From Lytechinus pictus (lineage: Eukaryota): a DNA stretch of 64,000 bases. The notes under the pieces are model-generated. The model was not told where the DNA came from. It made no database searches and saw only the letters and a program-made list of their open reading frames with translations. Below are positions 12,576-25,773 of the stretch, in pieces (the stretch's first letter is position 1; each line of letters starts with the position of its first letter). The stretch is from NCBI RefSeq assembly GCF_037042905.1, contig NC_087254.1, positions 30,566,001 to 30,630,000 on the forward strand, written 5' to 3'. Both the position numbers and the translations under genes were made by a program.

Positions 12576-15500
12576 TCATGATCGTCCAGCTTTGACTGCA
12601 TCAATCTTCTTCTTCACACCAGCTAAATTCAGCGTGAGTTCTGCATGATGACGCTTTAGATACTCCATCCTGCCTCGTAATTCGTCTCCCTCGTCCTTTC
12701 TTTCTTCAAAGTCCTGGAGAAGGGATTTCTTACCCAAGAGGCCGCTCTTTTGCCGAAGACGTTGGTTGTCTATTCTCAGGCTGTCTCGTGCCTTCTTGGT
12801 TCTTGACAGGACATCACGTTTCTAAAGGAAGTTGATATAGAGAATTTGAGATTAACAAGAATGCACACGTTCAAAGTTTCTTTGGAATTTAAAATAAATG
12901 AACATCAAATTTGGTTTGCCATATTCAAGTTGTTCGTATTTAAAATCATGCATAACTTTATAAAAAGCTAATCAAACAGCCCCTACAAAACAAATCCTGT
13001 GCCCCATCTTATAAAGAGTGTGATTAATCCAATCAATCTTAATTTTGGAAAGAAAGCTGGTAATGCCATAATTTTTTGTCTATGCGTACACAATTATCCC
13101 CTTTTAACCCTAACCAGACTGGGCTTTTTGGGTGTTCTATGACTGGGGGGCTACCCCCCCATTTGAGATCTCGGCCATCAGGGAATGCTAATTTTTTATG
13201 CAAATATTCTTCATACTATTGCTAACAATTACAAATGAAAAAAATCCTGGTGTGAAAATGAATTTATTATGTAATTCATTGTTTTATGAATTTCTTATGT
13301 ATTTTTCTGTTTTTGGACCTAGCGTTTTTCTTTGTTTTTTTACCAAATTTATAGCAGAACCTTTTTAAAGCAAAATTATGCTAAAAATCAATTAATTTCA
13401 GCTAATAAAAGTAAAAATAATCAAATCTTTATGAATAAGGTGAGAAAATTCAGTTTATATTGACTTTGTACACAAAATCACGTCTTGGAGCAATTTTGGG
13501 TGCGACATGCACCGATGTAATGTTGCGTAATTATCGAACCGCATACCTTGGCATCATAAATTTGGTGTCAAAAGATGTGCAAGACTTCAAAGTAAAAAAT
13601 CAGTGAGCGGCGCAGTAAAAAAAAATTGCGCAGCCGAATGGTGAATCAAAACAATAACACACGAATTTGTCATATTTAGAGGGGCATAATTTTGAAGACA
13701 TGGAATTCTAGATGACGGGTCTCTGGCCTTCCATAGTTGAGATTGATAGAATCAATCACACTACCTTGAAAGATCATGCCCAGAAATTACCTGTGCCACC
13801 AGTTCTTCAACTTCTCTCAGCTTGCCTTTCTGAACATGGTTCTCAGCCTGAACAAACTGGAGCTTCTCCTTGACGTGGGTCAGCACCTGAACAGTACTAG
13901 TGATCTTCTTTCTCAATTTGAGTAATTCCTGTATGAAATGTACAGAGAAAAGCAATAAGACAATGAAGGCACTCTGGTGTAGTGGATCAGATTTGACTTA
14001 AGATTAGAGAGTCACAGGTTCAAATCTAGTTAGAACCTGATCTGTGATCTTTCTCAATTTAAGTAACTCCTGTATGAAACATGAAAAGATAAAGGCAATA
14101 AGACAATAAAGGCGCTCTGGTGTAGTGAATCAGATTTCACTTGAGGATTAGAGGGTCAGAGGTTCAAATCCTACCCATAGCCTATGGCTTTAGACAAAAT
14201 ATCCACATTTCCCTCAATGACTTGGGTAGAGTGAATGGGTATCTAGCAGGAAATAATGATTTCTTGAGATGCTTATGCATCACGATGACAACAAGATCCT
14301 TGAGCACTCTGCAGTGCGCTTGAAAAAGGCATCATTAAATTGTTCATGACGGGAAGACGGGTAAAGGATGGAAAGAAATCAGGAAGAGAGATATTGAGTT
14401 TGAGTTTATTTACTTAACAACAATAACAATGTGTTAACATCACAGCACAAACATAACTATTCTAGTATACAGATGTAATTGCTAACATTATAAAGGACAA
14501 AATGAGAATACAAACGATAAATCTGAATACATAAAATGTGACGTGCGTGTATAAACCTAAATCAAATGTTTTAACATTTTTTTAAGATCCCAGTCACAGT
14601 TTCCAATATTGATAATCTAACAAAAAGATATATATATGGTTGAATGTTGTTGTTAAGAAGGAACCAGAACAAGTGCTAGTCGAGACTGATTACTTCAAAT
14701 CTTTGGTATTTTTACATAAAAGAAATACGTGTGAACACTGAATAATACTATAAATGTTTAATTGAAAGGGATAGAAATAGAAAGGGGTGGGGTGGGAGTG
14801 AGAGAGTCTCCTATGTTTTACCTCATTCCTTTCTTCAATCTTCTCATTGTATGTCTGGTTCTCAATCTTCAACTGTTCAAAGTCAATCAGATGAAGACCT
14901 TCAGCAAGTTCCTCCTTGGCCTTGAGCTGTTGCTCTCTCTTCTTAAGACGGTTCTTGAGTTTGATGTTCTCCAGTCTTACTTGCTTCACCTCTTCCTCTT
15001 TCTTCAGCTCATTGTAGAGGTACACTTCCACTTCCTGTTGATTAAAAATAAACAAATGGATCAATAAAAAAAATCAAACAAAAATTGTGACCAATACCTT
15101 TGTTTTGATAAAAAATATAGCATGAATTCAGAGAGCCCTTGCAGTTCATGCTCAGTAGGGTAAGGCCATTTTGAGAATCCCCTTAGAATCACTGTTGGTA
15201 ACATGGAAATTTAGAGAGCAGCAAGGCGATTGAGGTGGCACCTAAGGCAATTGCCGCCTTCACCTCAGCTAACTGTAAGTCTTTTCAACAGTGGAACTTC
15301 AATTCTTCAGATATACATGGATGTTTAGCCTGATAAAAATGTGACCTTTGATATTGTGGTAACAGGGCTCTGCAGCAAATCACAATCAAGGTTTTCCATG
15401 GCAGTTACAATAACGAAATTACCATAGTTGTCAGTAATTATGATACAGGCCCCAGTTCAGTAAATACATTTAAATGCCTTAACTGGAATGTTGATTCACA

Positions 15501-18500
15501 CACAAAACAAGACAATCCTCACCCTTGGAGCTATGGGTTTCCCAGTCCTGCTGCTGATGGCCGTCAGGGCTACTTGTCTCTTGAGTTCTAAGAATTGTTG
15601 GTTCTCATTCTCAACATAGTCTTGCTTCTCCTGCTTTCGGTCTTTGAGCTCCTCAAGATTCAGGAAGGAGAGTTCTCTCTCCTCTTGTTCTTGTTTCCTT
15701 AGCTCATCCAAATTGGCTGAAAATGAAACAAAATGAAATAAGGAAGAAGCAATGGTAAACGCTCTTTCCTATCTGGCTTGGATAAACTCTGGCAATGCAA
15801 ACAGTTCTATGTACCATGACATCCATGCACACACACATCATTTACTAGTTGTGAATTAATACATTTTATGACTTTGTCAACAATCGAGAGATCTACAGGA
15901 TTACCTCATTCCCGTATACCAGATGATGATGATGATGACGTCATCTTTGTGGGTTATTTCTAATTTCAAATAATGCAAAGTTAGCATTGGGACTTTAGGT
16001 CTCAAATCACAAAAATATGCAGAAATTACCATTTTTATAATAACACCTCCTACAATTCTAATTTTGTTAATTCTCCTATGGTCTATAGTTACTCCGTCTG
16101 ACTACAATAAGGCCTTCAACAATCTAGCTGGTCTTCGTGTCACTTTGTCTATTTTCCATTTGATCTATATCTAAATCAGCTAATTTCAAAAGATCAATGT
16201 TCACTTTGTTGCCAACCAAATTCATCAAACTACTACTTCATCTAATTATAGTCTAATTCTTGAATCTAAATTCCCCCAAGGATATATGTATATCTCTGTT
16301 TGTCTTTCACCCCCCCCCCCCTCTCTCTCTCTTCAAGACTTACACATGTATTTGAGATATCTCTGCTCTTGATCTGTCACATTTTTGTCCATTTCTTGTC
16401 TCTGGTCATCTGTCTTCTTCTTACGGAAATATTCAGCAAGCTTATGTTGGAGTTGGATATTTTGTTGATTCAGTTGCTCACGCTCTGACACCATTGCCTT
16501 CAGATAATAAAGTTCAAATGAAGGTAATTAAGTTGAATTCATGAGCACAATTTTTGTATTATACTTCAAAGATATTTTAAATCCCAGTCATAATGTACTG
16601 ATTATCAAAGAGAAATCTACCTACAGCTTTCCCATTAAGTAATGTATTCCAGTATATACTGGAGATTATTATGCTGTTACAAAAATGTTATGTTGTTATA
16701 TGTAGTTCAATCAATTCTAAAAGTCCAAAGCATCATTTTTTTTTTCATTTTAAAAGTCCAAAGCATCATTTTTTAAAATTCATCTTAAAAGTTCAAAGCA
16801 TTGAAAATTGATTGCATGACATATAACACAACAATATTTTGAGAAGATGAAAGTTCCTTCAATCACAATCCACAAAATTTAAACCCCCAAAATACAAAAT
16901 AATATCACGTAGTATGCAAAAAATCACAGAACATTTCTGAAGGCAAACTGCCACTCTGTCTAATCCTTTTTTTTATTTGTCCAATATCAGTTACAACCAG
17001 TCTGTTTATTGATACCTATTTAATACCTGCTTAATTTTGAAAAAAAAAATCTTCATTTCCTTTTCTCATATTTTCAAGCCTCAATCCTATGTTTCTTTAA
17101 AATTTTCAAAAACATACCAACAATCATCTTTCTTACAAGTTAAAAAAAAAATCCTATTTCTGGGGGGAAAGTCCTATTTAGCATCACTTTCCCCATAACA
17201 ATCCTAAAAATTATAAAATCTTACTAATTAGCAGCTCTGCATTAGACATTGGGACATTTCAATTGGGATTTATCTTTTGTAAAAGAAGTGCCATTTGGAT
17301 ACTTGATATTGGACCAAGTTACTAATGTATTAATAGTAACCTGGATTTAACAACACAATCTGTGTTTCACAAAGATGTTAACTTTCCCAACACATGTGTA
17401 AGCGTCAATGTGCATATGACATTTGACACGTAATCTACCATGAATCCCCCAAGCATGATTTGACCAATGCAGTGATGTATCATATACCGCACACAACTGG
17501 GAATTTAAAGGGAAAAAAAGATAGCTTGTGTGGTAACAGAAAATCAAAGAAACAGATCAACGAAAGTTTGAGAAAACTTGAATGAATAATAAGAAAGTTA
17601 TGAGCATTTGAAGTTTAGATCATTATTGTAATGTAGATCCTCTCATTGGCAATGCAACAAAGATGTGTGATATCACATGTAAACACCTTTCCCATTGCTT
17701 TTGTATATATTTCACTTAAAATACCTCTTTTATCACATCAGTAGATCATGAATTATTTCTATAAGAGGGCTTGTAATACAGATTTTCAAAGAACATATTA
17801 TGGATAAAGAGTTTGTACCACCATAAGAGCACAAAGAGACGTTTTGGAGGTATTTTATAGTCCATCAAAGAGAAAGTTGTCTACATGTGACATCACACAT
17901 ATCTGTCGCATTGCCAATGGCAGGATCTCCATAGCATTAGTAATTGCAATATTCAAACGCTCATAACTTTCTCATCATTTGTCTGATTTTTCTCAAACTT
18001 TCTTTGATCTTATTCTTTGATTTTTCTTTTTCCACACAAGTCCACTTGTTTCAAGAGTTTCATTCCCCTTTAACAGTTACTCCTTGAATGTGAAACATCC
18101 CTTGGGAATTTAGACTAACTGGCATAATTGAATTGAATTGAATGTATTCATTGTCCTTAAATCCATTGCAGAAATCTCTAGCTATATAGTCACACATACA
18201 TACCTGATACATTTCTATAAGTTCTTCTCTTGATATTAGATCCTCTTCTTCTTCTTCAAGCAAAGCTTCTTCTTCTGGGAGAGGAGATACTGGAGTACAA
18301 GTAGGGCAGTAAAGAGAGCAAAATACAGTCAAGTATGACAAGGGAAAGATATTAACAAAGAATAAAGAGAGAAAGAGTAAAGCAGGGGGAAAATACAATT
18401 TCTTTTAAATGGGCAATTTTCCTGCTTGTGTTCACTCATATTTTTTTTAATTATATCCAGTGGTAAATTACATGGGTTATTTTGGACATTTGGAGGGCTA

Positions 18501-21500
18501 AGTAAATTGCTCTCAGTCCCCATTTCTTCTTAACTGAAGAGCATTTGGATTTTATGAAAGATATACAGTCCACATAATTTGATTGAAAGTGCTCTCAAGT
18601 TATGAATTGTATCAGGTCAAAGTAATCCTTGTATTCATTCTACTTCAATTAGCTGTAAAAAAAAAAGTGAAAATATAAGAAAATACAATATTCAACATTG
18701 ATTTTTTTTTTGGGGGGGGGAGTCATGAATGAATCCAATATATCTTACTTTCTCTCTCGGGTGTCCCTGGTTCAATTTGAGCTGGTTCATTAGGAGGGGG
18801 TGTTGCTTCTCTGGATAAAGGCTCCATAACCTGGACAGTAGGGGTCTCCGGTCGATCTCCTTCCTGGAATGTGTCACTCTGTGGTATCGGACTCTTGGGC
18901 TCCTCCTCATCTCCACCCTCTGGTTTCTCAGCTCCTTCTCCATCACCTTCACGAAGAGCTTGGGTGTCATCTCCAGCTGGGGTAGCTCCTCCTTCTCCTT
19001 CTTTCTCTTTGTCATCTTCCTCTGCAGCCCCTTCTCCCTCAGGATTTCCTTCCCCACTTTCACCTCCTTCTGCTCCCTCTGCAGTCTCCCCTGACAAAAT
19101 TGAAATATTTATAAGTAAATATTAGTTCAAATTCCACTCTGTATAATAGAATAGATGTATGTAGTGGCACTCACAGATAACATCTTGGGATGCTCATGGT
19201 GCAGCAACACTTCTAAAAAATATATATATATATATTTTCAAGTAAATTAGCTACTGTCAGATATCAAAACAATTCTATATAATCCATATAGCACCCACTT
19301 TGTTGTTATTGCTATTGAGTGTAAAAAGTAAACAAACGGCAGACAGATTTATGTTATCTGAAATTACTGTCTCTGATATCTGGTCGACTATTAAAATAGG
19401 ATCTCTTAATATCTGAGACAAAAATTGGAATACATGATAAAATCTTATTTGAAATACCCTATCCACTTAACCTCATTTTTTAAAACATTATTTGCAACTA
19501 AAGAAAGAGAATATATATCATAAATTGGTACATTTCAAAATTACAATTTTCTAATTATATCACAAGATTCCTTGACAAATGCCTTACCTTCGCCAGGTTT
19601 TTGTTCTTCTCCCTCCTTGCTTTCCTCTCCTTCTTTCACTTCTCCATCTCCATCTGCCGTCTCTCCATCAGCACCTGGTGAAGCAGTTTCCCCTCCTTCC
19701 TGTCCCTCTGCTTCTGCCGCCGCTGCTTCAGCGGGTGGACCATCGCCATCGGCTGCCCCTGGGGAACCATCTGCTGTGGGTTGCTCTGCTTGCTGCTCCC
19801 CTTCTGCAGCAGGGTCTGTGGGGGTGTCTGCTGGTTCTTGGTTTACTGCTGGTGATGCCTCTCCCTCTGCTGCTGGAGTTGCTTCTGGGGGGGGGGGGGC
19901 ATAAAAAATATTTCTACTATTGAGTGACATTTCATAAAGCAAGATATATCTATCTGAGTGAGTGCCTGAGTGGTGATAAACATCACAGTGATGACAAGAT
20001 AATACGGAAGCGTCGTGGTGTAGCGGTTCTGACTCTCGCCTTGTAATCAGAGGGTCGTGTGTTCGAATCCCACCATGGCCTAGCGTCCTTTGGCAAGGCG
20101 TTAATCCACACTTTGCCACTCTCCACCCAGGTGTTAAATGGGTACCCGGTAGGATGTGAAAGCCTATAATATGTAGTATGCCTAGCAATTGAGTCTTTGA
20201 ACTCTTGTTGGAATGCTCCCCAGGGAGTGGAGAAGGTGCATACATTGTATGCGGGCATGCAAGGATCCGATGACCGGGGTAATAATATGTCTGTAAAGCG
20301 CTTAGAGACGTCGTTCCGATGTATTAAGCGCTATATAAATGCGGAATATTATTATTATTATTATTAATACACTAATTAAGTACCAAAAATAAAATAATAA
20401 AAATAGAGGGAAGAATGGAGGGAGAAGATTTAAAGAATTTCAAAGAATTTTAAAGAATCAATCAAATTTAAGGCAAATATGGCATAAAGGGCAAGTTAAA
20501 TTCTGAAGGATGAAAAATCAGGGGAAAAAATCAGCCAAATAAATGTGACTATGATAAAATGAGTGTAAACTACCAAAATAATTCACTCAGAATGATAAAG
20601 GATCTGTGATACAATCTATAATGTTGATTACTGCCAAAAGGTAGATGTGCAGTCCTTAAGGGAACAACAGGAAATACATCCCTACATGGCATTACAATAA
20701 AATTACCAAATGGCAAATTTCAGATTGACATCTACACCATAAACAGAGTATATAGTGAACTCATCTTTTAAACATCCATATTCCTATTCTGTGTCTGATT
20801 TCTTTCAAACTTTCATCTCCTCTATTTTATTTTCCTTTCCTTTATTTTAATTTTTTGTTGTTGCTTTTACACAAAATATGATATACAGGTCCAAAACTGG
20901 CATGACCCTTCAAAAGGATTATTAAGAAAAATGAGGAAGTGGAAACATTTGAATAAAATACAAGGCAGGGAATGCAAAGGAAAACAGGTGTCTGTAAAGA
21001 CTCTATATTCAAGTTGCATGTATATTTACCCTGATTTTCTGCTGCTTCTACTGCCGGAGTGCTAGTCTCCTCTCCAGCCCCTTCAGCAACGGCTGGGGCT
21101 TCTGCTAATTCCTGTGTAGGTTCTTGTGATGGAGCCTGTTAGATTAAATTTATAAAAAAAAGGAAGTGGTCATTCTAAGAACAAGGGCAAGTCCAAGGTA
21201 ATGGCCCCTCAGATAGGAGAAATATATCTTGGCTTAAGGTAAAAAAAATTGTCATGATTTTGTAGCCAAAGAATGAAAAGAATCTATTTCCAGCAGACAA
21301 AAATTAGAATAAAAGTATTTAACGCAAGGTCAAATGTCATCAAAATTTACAACAATATTCTCTTCATAGTTATCTGTCGTACTATAACACACAAAATCAA
21401 AATAATTTTCAGAGGTTGGAAACCTGTGGATATCCCATAGTAAGGGTTTTTTTATGTATCTATTTATTTAAAAAGGTTTATTACAACAAGGGCTATTTGG

Positions 21501-24029
21501 CTGAAAAGCCAAATTGCATAACCCTTTACAAAAATGTACATAATTCAAATACATTCAACATCAAATCAAAAAGCTCAATTTACATGAATTCTACATCATA
21601 AGAAAAAAAAACACATAGAAATGTTGTTTCTCATGTTGGGGATGCATGTATTATGACATGCTCCCCATCATGATAAACCAAAATTGAAAGTACATGCGGC
21701 CAATACATGCAGCTAACAATGAGTTCTGACAAACCAGAAAGTAGTAAAGAAGGGGGAAACGAAAAGAAAAGAGACTATGAGAAATAGAACAAAAGAGAGA
21801 AAGAGAGAATGTGTGATTGTGAGTGTAACAATGAAAATTTATACTATCCTACCTAGATCCTGGTAGATTTGAATAGATCAGGTGTACATTATTGGAGTTA
21901 AGTGGCCACAATGAGAGGAAGCATACAAATGATACAATATATAAAGACACTCACAATATCATAATATAAATCAACATAAATACACAGAATAATTTTAAAA
22001 ATTCACATCTGAATGACAAAATTTGTTTTTTTTTCCCAGTATTAACATCATTTAAATAATTAAATAATGAGTTCTCATCTCAATTTATTTACACAGAGCT
22101 AAGGACAGGGAGAAGAAAAGATGGAATAGGAATAAGAAAGAGAAATTGAGCGAAAGTCAAAGAGAGAGAAAGAGAGGGAGAATAGGAAGGAGAAAAGAGA
22201 AAAGTAAAGAGGTGAATTGATGAAGTAAAAAAGACGGTGGACATATAGAGATTGCGAGTGTACAAACAGATGGATACGTTATTCATTGATACTGTAGCAC
22301 TTCCTAATAAACATTTACCAAACAGCATAATTCCAGAAATATAAAGGAACCTACAGCTACATATAATCTAGGCCTAAGAAGTGGATCTTGTAACCAAAGG
22401 CAAGACGAAAACAGTCATAAAACAGTACAATATGAATTCTAAGTAAGCAATGCATCCTTGAAAGGTGAAAAGAGGCATAGCAAGAAAAGAAGATAAAAGG
22501 TAAAGGAGAAGAAAAAAGAGGTAAGAGAAGGATAGAGAAAGTATGAAAGAAAGAAAGGGAGAAAGGAAGGAAGGAAGGAAGAAAGAAAAAAAAAGAAACA
22601 AAGTCAAATACAGTAAGAAAGGTTTTCTGGGGTGGACTACACAGATAATGAGATTATAGGCCTAGGCCTAATCTATATTATTTCTCATTTTCTGTCAGGG
22701 ATATGCTCCGCTGACACTTCGTCTGGCACTGCTGCATCCCCTCCATCAAGAGACTGATAACGGCCATTGGGCTCGTTGGTCGTAATGGTGGTGGCAACAA
22801 CCGCCGCTTAACTTCAGCATCTATGGACATGCACTCTAGGCGACACCCCAATAATATACTTACCCGTGCTAATAAACTGGGACTCCACTCACGCGCATTT
22901 GGGCCGCCCTAGCTTAGAACTAAGCTTTGTTTTACTAAAAAATAAATCTTGTAATGATTCAATAAATGTTACTTAATAAATTAGTACTGTTAAATCGGTA
23001 CTCACCGGTTCTTTTCTTGAATTTTCTGGCAATTTCCCACGCTTCTGGCTTCAATTCTGCGGCTGTTCCTGTCGCGGTAGACAACTACATATGCAACTTT
23101 ATTTATAAATAGAGCGCCCCTTACGATAGTTGTTAAGAACGCGGCCAAATTGTTAGGTTTTTTGCACTGTGTCCAAGGCGTTTTTATTTTGTTTGATTTT
23201 TTATTTTTAATAAATATTTTGTTAAATAGGGCCTAGCGATTTTTACGTCAAATATTAAATTCATATCACAAAATATTTTTAATTGTAGAAATATATATAA
23301 TATCATGCAATTATTCATTCTATATATATTTTATAATAAAATTTATAATTGTTGCGGTCTTTAAAAAAGGATAGTCGATTGATCAGGTGATGACCACACG
23401 TATCACGTGATCTGAAAATCAGCTTCATAGTCATACCGCTTTGATCGCACTCGACGGTGACCGGACTGACTGCCAAAAAAAGATCGAAAAATGACTCAAA
23501 TGTAAGTTTCCCTTTATTTTATTAAATTCAAATTAGGAATAGGAATATATTTAATGGGCAATCTTTTAATAAATGATAGGGCCTAGTCCCTAGACAAACG
23601 AGGACAAATTACAAAACTCATATTTTGCCTTTTTTTTGGGGAGTAATATCATACTTGGGTGCAGGAAACAGTACGTTTAGAAGTTATAACCTGTTTTTAA
23701 CGCATTGTCGCCTATGAGGTCCATACATGTTAATGTTTGGACCTCATTGGTACTAGGAGTGATGGACATGATGGAGAAGGCGGGGAAATAAGCGCGGAGG
23801 GAGACGGGGAAGATGCCGCATCGATATAGACACGTGGGACTGAAATGAAACCGGTGATTGTGGCCCGTGTGTGGCTCGTATCTTAACTCTGCAAAACAAG
23901 AATTATAGAGTAGCAAGAAAACAGAATAATGCATGGAAATGTACTTAGAATATCATACTACCCTTATCTACAAAAAATTATGTTACATGAAAGTGTAAAT
24001 ATATGTTATCCTACCTCTTCATCGGCCAT
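12576..24029 (-). CDS. CCDC96: Coiled-coil domain protein 96 / CFAP184 (DUF4201 ciliary protein) with acidic Ala/Glu/Pro/Gly-rich N-terminus, 596 aa
   Basis: Exons (minus) 24029-24015 (MADEE), 21135-21030, 19884-19588, 19090-18749, 18289-18204, 16497-16344, 15716-15523, 15034-14822, 13928-13791, 12821-12576. Total 1791 nt, all GT-AG, phases consistent. Diagnostic motifs EGLHLIDFEQLKIENQTYNEKIEERNEELLKLR..TVQVLTHVKEKL and LRQKSGLLG..LLQDFE. The 15-nt first exon is the least certain part. Confidence 0.9.
17509..18069. mobile_element. TTAA-target MITE (Kolobok-like)
   Basis: TTAA|AGGGAA...TTCCCCT|TTAA with long internal inverted arms (e.g. GGCAATGCAACA / TGTCGCATTGCC). Confidence 0.7.
20006..20364 (+). 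mobile_element. Full-length tRNA-derived SINE
   Basis: A box TGGTGTAGCGG, B box GTTCGAATCC, core CACCCAGGTGTTAAATGGGTACC, (TTA)n tail. Candidate TSD TAATAC at 20000-20005 and 20365-20370. Confidence 0.9.
22100..22610. repeat. Purine-rich (GA/GAAA/GGAA) low-complexity tract
   Basis: Long A/G-rich runs; these account for the F/L/S-rich minus-strand ORFs. Confidence 0.7.
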
Positions 24030-24051
24030 GTTGATTGCGTTGACCGTCTCT

Positions 24052-24099
24052 GTTGTCAAGGTACTATTTACTCATTAATATTCATGAGAATGAGATTGG
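24052..24099 (-). promoter_or_regulatory. CCDC96 promoter region: degenerate RFX X-box and CCAAT box
   Basis: GTTGTC-AA-GGTACT (24052-24065) resembles GTTRCC-N-RGYAAC and lies ~25 nt upstream of the ATG. GATTGG at 24094. X-boxes are typical of ciliary genes. Confidence 0.4.
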
Positions 24100-25773
24100 T
24101 ATCCGAATTTGAGTCACCCGTATCGTATCCTGTGCATATGCGTGTAGCAATATCGTAAAGCATAGAATGGTTATCAATCTACCTAGAATTGAGCAAGTCT
24201 GAAAATATAATTTGTCACATAGGATCTACACCACGGAAATATATATTTCCGTGATCTACACCCCTCCCGATCAAATGGGACATAAAATTATGAAGCACAG
24301 TTTGAATTCATGAACAGGATCCAGGGGAGGCGATCCCGGGGGGGGGGGGAGGCAGGGTACCACCACTTTTTTAAGCAATAAACAATTAATTCCCCCCTTT
24401 TACTCTACCCACGGGCCGGGATCCAGGATTTTCCGAAAGGGGGGGGGGGGGGAATTTTGACAAGCCCCCCCCCCCCAAAAAAAAGGTTTTCAACCACAAA
24501 TTAAGGATGTTTCGTACCGGAAAAAAGTTGACAAGCAAAAAAAAGTTTGGTATTTTTACATTACAGATTTTAATTTCTCTGTTCTCAAAAGGGGGGCACA
24601 TGCCCCCCCCCCGATGCCCCCTGTGCCCCCCCCCCCCTCTGGATCCGCGCCTGACTCTACCCAAGAGAAAAAAAAGTACATCAGTCCAAAGAATAGCATA
24701 TGATATAGCTGGGCAGTGGGGTTGCTGCGTGTATTATTCTCCATAGCACCCCCTGGAATTTAGATCAGTGATTATTTTGTTTTACTTTTTTTTTCATTAT
24801 TAGATTTTGTTATTGCTTTTCAAAAGTATCGGGACCGAAATGACCTTCATTTTAAAGTGGAATTAACCTTTTTTCCCTTTGTTTGTTTGTCAAATTTACA
24901 TCAGCGCCCTCGGTAAAAAAAAGTAGATAAGTATATAAAAAAAAACTGCATATGGGGATGGGAATATTTCATGCCTTCCCACGCTTTCTAAATCTCTGCT
25001 GAGGAGACAAAATAATAAGAAAGGGAGTGTTAACACTATCCTCCATTCCCTGATTGAATTAATTTGCATTAGGCCTGCAGGCCCCCATGAAAGATTCATA
25101 TGCATATACTCCGGCATATACTAAATCATCAGATGAGCATTGTGCATGCCACCGTTTTCTAAGAAACTGATAACATGAATGTATCGAGAATCAAATCAAT
25201 TAATAATTCATGAAATGCCTATAGAAACAATTTTACAATCAAATTAATTTATGCAAGGCAACAAATATATGAAGTTAAAAAAATTGGTCCATAAAAAATT
25301 CACTAGCCTGTGACGGCTACTTCCTTATTTATTTTAATTTGATCCTTCCAATCAACATTTGATATTGCAAGAAGAAAAGCGATTGAAAATCCACAATAAA
25401 ATAGACAAATATGTATTTTAAAAAATAGAACATAAAACAGTAAAGCTGTGTGGCTTACATTTTCTTATTAATGTATTTTTTAATGCCAGATTTTAATGAG
25501 TCACGGTCATGGTAGGCGGTCGTATAGTCTGCATGCAGGCGCAGATCCTGATTGAAGCTTTGATTAACAAGCTAGTGGGTCTCTACTTGCTGTTTCAATT
25601 TAGGAGCGAGAATTAAAAGTCAAGTCCACCCGAGATCATTTTTTAAAATTTTATTTGAATCAATAGAGAAAGACAAAACAAGCATAATGCCGAAAATTTC
25701 ATCAAAATCGGATATAAAATAAGAAAGTTATTATGACATTTTGAAGTTTTGTTTATTTTTCAGAAAACAGTTA

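Noticed and set aside
18692-19923. Ser/Pro-rich antisense and alternate-frame ORFs
   Set aside because: They are shadows of the GC-rich low-complexity CCDC96 exons.
20006-20080. Functional tRNA gene (also 4664, 7555, 13967, 38627)
   Set aside because: The tRNA-like heads continue into SINE bodies or are degenerate; none forms a proper cloverleaf.
24300-24660. G-quadruplex-like poly-G/poly-C tracts and Gly/Pro-rich ORFs
   Set aside because: They belong to common GGATCC-terminated short MITE-like repeats (similar at ~72-200, 4471-4630, 34870-35185) and are not locus-specific.
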